Assembly (NCBI GenBank): GCA_003971905.1
Contig: RSEE01000007.1
Span: forward strand, 744,001-808,000
From: Moniliella sp. 'wahieum'
Lineage: Eukaryota
Reading direction: 5' to 3'
DNA length: 64,000 bases
Shown here: positions 38,601 to 48,408 of the stretch, piece by piece
How the letters are laid out: each line of letters begins with the position of its first letter
Position numbering within the stretch: the stretch's first letter is position 1
The notes under the pieces: model-generated
The model's database searches: none
What the model saw: the letters and a program-made list of their open reading frames with translations, nothing else
Told to the model about the DNA's origin: nothing
Position numbers and translations under genes: made by a program

Positions 38601-41600
38601 TCCTTGGTCCTCACTTCTTCCCCTTGACTCATTTCCACTTTACACTGTAGACCTGTTCTCTTTCACCTTCTCTTCTCATGAATAAAACCTGCCTGTGTCT
38701 TATACATCCCAAATGGTGATGGCCAACAAGCCGACTAGCACTTCTTTCCCCTCTTTCCCCTCTTGAGGCACTCCACTGTAGAAGAACCTCCCTTTCAATT
38801 AACAGTTACCCGCTTTCACGTCCGGCGCCTGGGCCTATACGAATAACATGTGTGTACACAAAACCTCTTCCTTCTCGGACGCTGCCTGGCTCTGCCCGAC
38901 GATACAGCAAAGCACTATTTGTGCATGTCCCCCCCCCCCTAAACGTCCATTGCAGAGGTCATCTCATGGAGACACTCCGCCCTGGAACTCATGGCCAGAC
39001 GCAACGTTCGAGAGACCGTGGAAAAGTCCGGTTGTGCTGATCGGCGTCATCGCGTTTTCTCTATATCTTCAAACTTCATTCTTGATAGGCGCGAACGTTT
39101 TAGTTGGAGAACTGAAAGCTGGCTCTGTAATGCATCGTGCATGATCCTACCCAACAGTTCAATCACCCCACGCATGCCTCTTCCGTTGTCTCGAACGCTC
39201 CGATTGAAGAGTCCATCTCAGATCTCACACGGCCATTTGTTTGTCTGCCGGTAAGACTGGCTTGCCATGATACAATGCATGGCAAGCCCTCAGGTCCCTC
39301 AGGCCTCACCTCAGCTGAGCCTCAGGTTTCAGGCAGCCCACAGAGTACCTCACCTGGCCCAAACGCCGATCCGGCCAAGACCAGGGGAAAGGGTATTTCG
39401 GCCATAGACGAGATCTCGAATCAAAAAGCACAGCTGCGCTCTTCTCTGAGCGAGCACGTGGTCCTACTCTGATGCTCTCATTAGGGGGAGTAAAGAAAAA
39501 AGCCGTAGGCCTTGTCTCTTCCTTTACGTGAACGATTTTTCTGATCGCGGACCAAATACGAAGGCTACCGTCTGTATGGCGAAGATATCGAGATATCAGG
39601 ATAGGGGGGTCGCGCCGCGCAACGAGTAGGATGCATTTGATGGCGGCCGCGACCGCAGCCCCGACGGTGGTGGTAATTTCGTACAGTACGCACATAGGGC
39701 AAAGCTGGCATAGCATGATCTCATGATCTCGGTATGGATTCGGTGCGCGACGTGTGTATACGTACCCTGAAAAAAATAGGAGACACGCCACGCACAGCCG
39801 CGGGTGTACCTCGTATAAAAGCAAACAATCCGTCCCGCGTGCGCGATCGCAGGGCAGGGACTACATAGGGTGCATCCGCCAATGCGCCCGTGTCTTGCCG
39901 CGCTGGGCTCCTGTCTCGCTCTGCAAAGAGAGATGCCATAGTGAAACAGGCTGTTTTCTTCAAGTTCCTAGCTTCCTATACCCCACACGCCGTGAATCTT
40001 ATTATTGTGGATAGCTTATTATCCGACGGGTATATTATCGGATCTTGGGGATCCCCGCCTGTCCTCACTCTTTGGCGTCTCTGAGCACGAATGAGATCTG
40101 AGATCTGAGAGAGTTCCGTTGGCGGCGGGGGTTCTAGATTCTGAATTCTCGATCGTTACCCTCTCCATCTTACGATCGCGGGCGCGGCCGGATGTTTCGT
40201 ATGTTGGCCGTCGGCCATGCGCACAGTTGGCTACGCATTACGCTCCTTTCTCGGATGGGCAGCAGATCCTCCTGGACGCGACCTGGAGATGGATTGTTGT
40301 ACGTAACCGTTTTTTTGTGTACATTTTGCCCACAACACGCCATCTCGACTTGGCACACGGCCCAATACCTCTCATCTAGAGGCCTTACTCACGGAACATG
40401 TGACAGGGCAGTAGATTGTATACCCGGCTATGTGTCAGTGTATTAACTCCTGTGCAGTTCGGCATGCCTTTCTCTCCTGTCTCCCTTTTCTCTCTTGAGT
40501 CCCGCTGCCCCTATCCCCCCTTATCAAGGTGTTCGAATACCCTGTCCCGTAGTTCCCAGGGCTTATTTGGGGCTCATGGTCACAGGAGGCCACGTGCTAT
40601 ACGGCCCCTCTTGCTGCACCTCGCTCACAGAGAGCTTTGTTGTATGGAGAACTGTGTGGAGGGAAGTCGTATTAGGGATGAGCTTATTCAAAGATGATTG
40701 TATACCTTTCTTCGCTACTCACCCTCTCGGCCTTATGCGAACGCCCTGGCTCCTCACCTCTCTAAGCATTACTTACAGGAGACGCATTTCGTGAATCGTT
40801 TTACTAGCCAGCAAAACACGGCGTTTGGTTATATCCTTCCCGCACCCCTCCCAAAAAGCATCTAATAGCATATCACCGTCTTCACTATGAGTGAGAGCAT
40901 GCTACCACCACAGGATCGCGACGCGACATGAAACATCATGATCTGTGAAAGAAAAACGAAAGTCACTGGGAGGACGGACAACGCACGCGGGGGGAGGGAG
41001 TGACACCCACCGCATACTGGGCGTCCATTGAGGAATGAAGAAGGAGAGTTGAGCCCAGCGCTCACAATATAGGAGGTGATACGCGTCCCTGCTGACCTGT
41101 TTGCGTTTCTATCAGTGAAAGAACGCGGGGTAGGTGAACGTTGCTGCACTACAGAAATTGTGGTCTGAGCAAGGACGGTTCAACTTCGATCGATATGAGT
41201 ATAGGGTGTATATAATTTCTTCTGAAGTTCTGTCCCGGCAAGGGCATCAGAGATACTTCCCACATGTCACAAAAGGTGGGCGGACTGGTTTAACGGGAAA
41301 GAAAGCAGGACGCCCTCCCGAGGCCGGAGAATGATTGGAACTCTTTTGATGAGAAAGGGGCTAGGCTAGGGGGGTATGGAGATGTGCATGGAACCTCATC
41401 ATCCGGAGCAAAGAAATTCACAGCCGGCGGATCCTTCCAGAGCCAGTGTGCGGTCGCGCTCACTATTTACACAGAGACGGCAAAAGACCATATGGGATGG
41501 GAAAATGAGACCGAAGACCTAAGCCTGATGAGGTTTGAGATCTGTGGTCTGAGGTCTGAGTCTGATGCCGGCCTGGGATCTTGAATGATTAATGAGTTAA

Positions 41601-42469
41601 TGAGGGAAGAGCGCCCACGAGCACGTTAAACACGCACAGTTTTTCTGCACGGTAATTTTTTATAGTCAACAAGACAGAGTGTGGATCCGGCGAGCTCCTG
41701 GTTGTTGGAGCGTGTACGGGGCAGTAGGAGAACGACGCTGCTGGCGAGAGAGCACAGCTTGACGGCCCCGCTCCGCGGCGGCACCGCTTTCCTGCTTCGG
41801 CGGCAGGTCCTCTATAGTCACTATTTAGTCAACGCCATAGTCACTGTAATCGCTCTCTTCAGTCCTACTAGCACATAAACGCAACAGAAGAGTCTACCGA
41901 AACAACGGGGTTCCACTTGGTCCCACGTGGGTGTCCCCACACTGCGTCAACTCAACGTTCAACGTTCAGCATTGAACACGTAACACGTCGCGGGTTCCAC
42001 AACGCGGGCATGTGCCTTCCAGCACAGATGCCCGAGCTGTGGTGTTGAGATCCGGTGGACCTTTGCTCTGCCGTGATGCATGATGGAAGTACTCTACGGC
42101 GCAACGTCCCACAAGAAGATCTGTCGGTGGAAGAATGGCAGTGTTTGGAAGAATCGCACTATTATACGAGCGCCTTCTATTAATGACCAGCTTTCTTCAA
42201 AAGCTCTCAGATCTCTCATAGGCTCTCACGCGTCTTACGGCCCCCGTTTTGTCAACATGACTAGATGACTTGTTCTCGGGACAGTCTATAAGCCGGTTGT
42301 GGGGCGCGTGTGCCCACCACCAGAGAGACTGACTATATTTGCTACCTGTTACTCGTACAGGGAGCATCAGGCTCCAGGCCTCAGGCCCCAGGGAAGACCA
42401 TACACGCCCAAACGCACACAAAAGACGGACCAATGACTCATTACTCACATGGAACGAGAGAGAGAGACT

Positions 42470-42543
42470 GGGAGACTCCGATTATACTCACGCGGAAGAC
42501 GTCGGTGGGAGGCTCCGATACTCTCAACGCGGAAGACGTCGGC
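42470..42543 (+). repeat. Imperfect 37-bp tandem duplication
   Basis: gggagactccgattatactcacgcggaagacgtcggt / gggaggctccgatactctcaacgcggaagacgtcggc. Confidence 0.85.
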
Positions 42544-45215
42544 GGAGCGGGGGGGGGGGGAAGGTGGCCATTCGGAGCCCTTCGGCCGCGCCGGTACGAC
42601 TCAGAATTAACGCGACGCGTACGAAGCTTTTATTAATGGTGGACCCGGGTCGCCTCTCCTCTATCCGTTGGCAGTCTCACAGCGAAGTCAATACAAAGCC
42701 CAAACTACATTAATGACTAGGTGGGCAAAGGCTGCTGGCTCAACGCCTCAACGTTGTTCAACGCTTCTCCTGAGAGGCTGAGGCACACGCACCGCAGTCA
42801 TCGATCCCAAAGTGCTACGGCGCGCACATTTGAGGCGTTGAGATCTGAAGCGAGCCAGCACGGAGAGGGGAGACGTTTCTCTCTGTTTCTCCACTCCCCC
42901 CCACCTCCCACACCCCACAGCATATGTGCGTCCATGCGCATGTGTGCTTGCTCAGAACTTAGAATAGATCTCTCTTTTGGGGAGATTCTCACACCAAAAG
43001 AGCACTCCACCTCACTAGCAGCTTCACTCTGTGGCGTAGTGGATTGAGCATTGATGGCCTGGATTCTGCGATGGCGAGACGACGTCGTTTTTGTTGGGAC
43101 CTGTGGTCCCGTACTTAGGCCAAGGTGCCTCATCACCCTTCACCCCTGATTTGTCCTCCCAAGCCTCCACATGTATACTCAGGCTTGTTTGAACCCCTGT
43201 CTCTAGGTGTGGCACAAGGCTTAGACCTCAACCATCACCATCGCGATTGCATTGCTCTACATCTCCAGAGGTTCTTCACCCAATCCCTTGGGTTCCTCCG
43301 GTCTTACAGTTTTTTTGCATTCTTCCTTACAATACCTGGAAGAGTTTTCCCGGCTTCGCCGCTCCGACCTCAGTGTCTGGGTGGGCTCCACACTTGAGCC
43401 AACCTGGAAGTGTGGATCGGGGCATGGCCATCTGGCCGCGGGGTACCGCGTTCGAATATAGGTCCTCTCTTCGTGCAGGCGCATACATAGAATACGACAG
43501 ACATGTGGCGGCCGGTGGGGCATTGCAGCGGCCGGGGTATATATTTGTGCTAGTATATACACCCTGCCCCACCCCATGGAGAGCGCCATCACTAGCACGA
43601 TAGTATAGCCGTGACGCCGGTGGTGACGCGATGTGGGGTGTGGATGCGCGGAGCCTCGACAGAGAGGAGGGGCTCAGGGTTGGAGAGCACTCACTGAGTA
43701 CTGAGCTGGGGAAACGAGCAGGACCACATCCCCGCCATGTGTCCAATCCCTACTCTTCCACTTTCATCATAGTGGTGAGCACCACTTTGGGGAGCATACG
43801 ACTTGGGCAGGAGCCCCTGATTCTCGCTCTGGTTCTTCATTGCGTGTGTACGGAGGTCCCCCTCGCAGGTCGCCTGCTCTCGTCTCTGCCCTTGGGCGTC
43901 CCCCACTTTTTGATGTGGAGTGGGGTTCTCGTTGCGGCGCCAAGCTGGGGCGCAATGCTGTGGCAAACGAGAGCGCATCCGCACAGGGGGGCAGGCAGTA
44001 GGAGGTGGAGTAGGTCGTAGTCACTAGTCACTAGTCACTATCACTAGGCACTGTCGTCACTCGAGTAGTCACTAGAAGCTTGAAGCTGCGGCGCAGCGCT
44101 GCGTGCTGAGGCTCCGCCCCGCCGCCACGCGCCGAGCGAATGGCCGTCGACTGGCGCTGTGCCAGCGGCCCTAACCCTGCGCACACCCAAGGCTTGCCTT
44201 GGCATTCCGGCCTAGGCTGTGTTTGTTAGGGCAATGTGCAATGTTCAACGTTCCCTCCGCCGTGCTCACAGCGATCGGAGGAATGGATCGAGATGCATCC
44301 GATCCGGAGTAGGTAAGCGCGCTGATGCATGCACGCCTTCCTTCGCCCCTGCTTGCCTGCTTGACATGGCACGGGCGATGGATGTCGTGCGTTCACCGAT
44401 GGCTGGGATGGTCGATGGCTACGACTCGATGGGTGGATGGCTCGGATGACGCGATGATCGATGACGCTGGCCCAGCCCAGGGCGTTGGCCTGGGGTGGCC
44501 CGTGGACGGCCGAGCTGCTCGATGGTGCGAGAGCGGCTGTGAAGCTCAGCAGAGTGAGTACTAGTGAGTACTCAGACTGAGTACTGACGACTGCGATGCA
44601 CGCCCCCAGAGTCGATGGCTGATCGATGACGCTGGCCCAGCACGGGCGCTTGGCATGGGATGCTGCCGGGCGGCGCCCTATGGCCCCATGCGACGAGGCG
44701 CATCGCGATGGCCCAGCCGCAGGCAGTGCGTGCTGGTGCCTGCGCCGGTGCGCCCCCACCGCTGCACCACGCCGCACCACCCGCACCACGCCCCCCCAGC
44801 ATGCCCTGCCATGTCAGACGGGTGGCCTCCCCAGGCAGCGCGCAGGATGCATGACGCATGACGCGTGAGTGTGAGCTGGGGCACGATTCCGCTGCGCACT
44901 GGGCACTGCCCCTGCGCATCCGCGGCATGCTAATCACCCATCCGCATGCGCCTGCGCAGGCGCTGCCCCAGCGACCGCCTGTGCTGCGGTGCCCGGGGCC
45001 CCCCTGGCGGCGCCTCGCTCTAATGCAGAATGGGGGGCCCGGCATGCGCGGCGCCCGGGCAGTGTCCGCGCCGGCAACGTGGCCGGCGGTGGGCACTGGC
45101 GTGCTGCCTGCGTGCCTGGGCCGGCCGTCTTGGCTGCCAGCATCGCCCCAATCGCCCGCTGCCACCGTGCCGAATCGGGGCCCTGCGCCTGCCCCGGCCA
45201 ACGCCCGCCCGGGGA

Positions 45216-45497
45216 TATAATAGCCACCCCCACCTGGGTTCCCCGCCCGTGCTGCGCCCCCCCACCACCCTCCGCTTCTGCGCCTGCTCGCTCCTACGCC
45301 CACGCCCCCGCTTGCTCCCTGACGCTGCTGCTTCCTCTACAGCACGTCTTGCTCTTGCCCACCCCGCTCTTCTCCCACCCACCTCGTTCCACTTTCCGCC
45401 GCCTCCTCTCCGTAAGTTGGTGCTTCCCGCACGCGTCTGCCTCCTCCCCGCCACGCTCAGCTAACCCTCCTCTGCCCTTGCTCCGCTGCAGACAACC
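45216..45497 (+). promoter_or_regulatory. TATA-like box, pyrimidine-rich 5' UTR and 80-nt 5'-UTR intron of zinc-ribbon gene B
   Basis: TATAATA 45216; donor GTAAGT 45412; branch GCTAAC 45460; acceptor CAG 45489-45491; then ACAACC-ATG. Confidence 0.7.
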
Positions 45498-45755
45498 ATG
45501 ACGACGTACGCTGTCTGCGCCGAGTGCGGACATGTGACGCGCACCGGGACAGGAATCTGTGTCTTTTGCGACGCGGATCTGGTCAATGCGCGTCCGGTCA
45601 GCCGCGCGCCTGCGCTGCCGAAACAAACCGTGCACGACTGCACCAGCGCCCAAGTGCAACGTCAAGGCACACGGGGCCCGTTTGCGATCCTGCCGATGCA
45701 CGGTGCAGGACGATGCGGAGCTAGCGCCTCGTCGCTTGTTGCGCTCTGTCTGTGA
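45498..45755 (+). CDS. Small zinc-ribbon protein B (C-x2-C-x10-C-x2-C)
   Basis: MTTYAVCAECGHVTRTGTGICVFCDADL; a canonical intron ends 6 nt before the ATG. Confidence 0.65.
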   Translation: MTTYAVCAECGHVTRTGTGICVFCDADLVNARPVSRAPALPKQTVHDCTSAQVQRQGTRGPFAILPMHGAGRCGASASSLVALCL

Positions 45756-46818
45756 GCCTCGTTTCCTCGCTCCCCCACTGTTTTTATCCATGACCGTATG
45801 GGTCTCTGCGTGCCTCGCGCGCACGCACGCCCTTCACCCGCCCCCCCCGGTCTGCATTTTCTCTCGCCGCATCCCCATGTCTCTGCTTCATACGTCTCGC
45901 ATCGCCCCCCCCTCTCCACCCATCGTTTCCCGCACTCCTCGCTTTGTCTTCCCCTCGCTGGATTGGATCGTTCCGTGTCGGGCGCTGTGCCTCGGCTCCC
46001 AGATCTCAAGCATGAGCCCATGACCTGAGCTGGCCCCCTCGCACCCCGGCCTTGGATCTGTCACGTTTCTCTGTGCGGTTCACCGGGCGGGCTTTGGACG
46101 GCTCGCTTGGTCCCGTCTGCGCACGAGCCACGGCTTGTGGGTGCCTGGCTCGTCGCACCTCCCTCTCCGCTCGTCCCGCTGTATTTTCTCAGCATATACC
46201 TCTCGTTGCTGGTCTGGAGCGCTGGCGCTCAGACGGTTCTTATTTGTTTGTTTGAATGTACCGTACCATCTTTTCTCTGGAACTTGGCTGGGGGTTGGTC
46301 TGTGCATGGTATATTGGTCTGGTTCAGCACTGCAAGGTGGTCGAATCGCGTGAAGCTTGAAGCTTGACAGGTCTCCCAGCTGCTCCGGGGACTGGTAAGC
46401 GCCCAAACGCTGCTGCCCAGCCACGCCTCAAGGAGCACTATGGGCACGCTGTCCTGACGTACTGAAGGGCAACGTTCCCATTGCCAGCGCTGGGCGCTCG
46501 GGGAACTTTTGGGCTGCGGACGCTAGAGGGCGGGACTACCAGTTACTAAAAACTAGTTGCTACTGGCGGGAGGCGGATGCGAACCGCGCAGCGTCGAACG
46601 GGATGGTGTCCTGCATGGCAATGTCAAGGGTCACTCACGAGTCAGGCACTAGTCACTGGTCACTAGCTCACTCTCCATCGTCTCGCGCATCCGGCCCCAG
46701 GCCCAGGGCCCCAGCTCAGCACAGCGCTGAAGCTGAACTCAGCATTGCTTAACGTCTTAACGTTTAACTTGGTTGCCGAGAGTGGCGCTTAGCTTAGCGC
46801 GCTAAGCTTAGCTTTCAG

Positions 46819-47028
46819 TGTGACCACCAGTGGTCTAGAGCCCATCGGCCTTCAGTGACACGTGGCCCGATCCACACAGTGCACCGGGGCAGTGAGTTCC
46901 GACCCTTCCACGGGTTTCCACTGGCCTCCAGGCCAGGAGCCTATCAAGGCCCATAGCTCTAGCTCTCCTTAGCTCTTGAATGCCATCTCCATCGACCATC
47001 GCCAGCATCGCTAGCTAGGCCTGTGACA
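46819..47028 (+). repeat. 5' LTR (210 bp)
   Basis: Matches 51876-52085 except for two 1-nt indels. Confidence 0.97.
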
Positions 47029-47042
47029 GAGCTACAATCTGA
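47029..47042 (+). other. Putative primer-binding site complementary to the tRNA-Tyr(GUA) anticodon arm
   Basis: GAGCTACAATCTGA directly follows the LTR; its reverse complement is TCAGA-TT-GTA-GC-TC. No TGG is present. Confidence 0.65.
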
Positions 47043-47175
47043 AGCACCCCACTGGCGCAAAGGATCAATACTCAGCACCACCATCGGCGCCCACCGTCAC
47101 CACCACCACCCCAACGCCACCATCGGCACCACACACCAACCAATTCAAAAAAAAACAAAGGAAAAATCAGCCACC

Positions 47176-48408
47176 ATGCCCCCCGAACTGGAAGAAAACA
47201 CCCCTCCTCCCGAAGTCTCTGTCATCGAAGAGGCGCAGGACATCGACGAACCGACCACCACCCCTGTCTCCGACCCGACCTGGCAACAGGCCCTCACCGA
47301 CGTCAGAGACAACCTCCTCGCAAGCACCCGCGCGTTCAAGCCCACCAGCGCTGACAATCTCCGCTCCACATGCCGCTCGTTCGCTACGGATGCACACACG
47401 GCGGCGTATGGACCGAAGAGCAAGAAAACACCGGGCGGAAAGGAAAATTGGATCTACACGCTCACCCTCGCGTTGGAGAAATATGTATTGGCCGTTGAAT
47501 TCACGAAGCCGCAAAACACCCGTGAGGCCCTTGCATCCGCGAGTGAGGACATGGCCGAGCTTCGCCACGCTGAGAAACGCGCGTCAAAAGAGATCGAGCG
47601 TACCAACGCGACGCGCAAGGACGCCTTCCGCGACCCCACCGAATATGTGCTCTGGGAGCCCTCCATCCTCAACATCCTGGACCGCATCCACCCCGCCGCG
47701 AAGGACATCGTTCGCTCCGGTCCATCGTCACCACACTACGACTCGTCCCTCGATCTACGCCTCCAGAACCTTCTGTGGTCCCACCTCCCGAACGACGTTC
47801 AATCTGCCATTATTGCACAGGACAACGTTGACACGTCAGCTGACTTGCTCCGTGCCCTGCGAAACAAATACGGTACGGTCGACTGCAAGACGTATCATGA
47901 ATTGTCCAGTCGCTTTCACCACTGCTACCAAAACCGGCGCAGCGGGAGCGCGTTCCTATCTGAAATGGGGACGCTCCGCAACCGGATCAGCGCAACCACA
48001 CCGATGTCGGACGAGCAATTCCGCCGTATCCTCGTCGGGGCCCTCCGCGACCCTGGTGACCGTCGCCGCCTAGAGCACATGACTCTGGCGGAGACAATGC
48101 AAGACGTGGAGAGAATCCCAGCGGACCCAGAGTACAGAATTCCGTACCGGGGCCGTCACCCCCGGACCGCCAACTCGGGCGCTGGCAAACACGACAGCGC
48201 GGGATCCCAGCAGCATAGCGGGGGTCCTCCTGCCGGTGCATCTCCCCGTAGCGGGGGTGCTCTTGCGAGAAAGCCGTCCGGCCACACCGGGGTTCCTTCG
48301 AACAACAAATGGCACCGCAACAGCTCCGCGCGAGCGCACATTGCCACCGAAGACGACGTCTCCGAAGGGGAGACCCTGTCTGTGGACCTTGCCCTATCTG
48401 ACAAATAG
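47176..48408 (+). CDS. gag: Gag (410 aa, no CCHC knuckle)
   Basis: GCCACC-ATG start; copia Gag-like helical region (SADLLRALRNKYG..FLSEMGTLRNRI..ILVGAL); ends at TAG 48406-48408. Confidence 0.85.
   Translation: MPPELEENTPPPEVSVIEEAQDIDEPTTTPVSDPTWQQALTDVRDNLLASTRAFKPTSADNLRSTCRSFATDAHTAAYGPKSKKTPGGKENWIYTLTLALEKYVLAVEFTKPQNTREALASASEDMAELRHAEKRASKEIERTNATRKDAFRDPTEYVLWEPSILNILDRIHPAAKDIVRSGPSSPHYDSSLDLRLQNLLWSHLPNDVQSAIIAQDNVDTSADLLRALRNKYGTVDCKTYHELSSRFHHCYQNRRSGSAFLSEMGTLRNRISATTPMSDEQFRRILVGALRDPGDRRRLEHMTLAETMQDVERIPADPEYRIPYRGRHPRTANSGAGKHDSAGSQQHSGGPPAGASPRSGGALARKPSGHTGVPSNNKWHRNSSARAHIATEDDVSEGETLSVDLALSDK

Noticed and set aside
41399..41491. 30-aa Cys-containing minus-strand ORF (MVFCRLC...) downstream of a TATA-like tract, as a third zinc-ribbon gene
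   Set aside because: Cys spacing and start context do not match the pair, and it is too short to distinguish from chance.
42470..42543. CRISPR-like repeat
   Set aside because: Only two adjacent imperfect copies, no spacers, no cas genes, and a eukaryotic context.
35700..46800. Mating-type locus (pheromone, receptor or homeodomain genes)
   Set aside because: No STE3-like, homeodomain or convincing CAAX pheromone ORF was recognised.
47023..47175. Gag N-terminal extension from the GTG at the LTR end
   Set aside because: It overlaps the LTR end, primer site and leader; the ATG at 47176 has an ideal GCCACC context.
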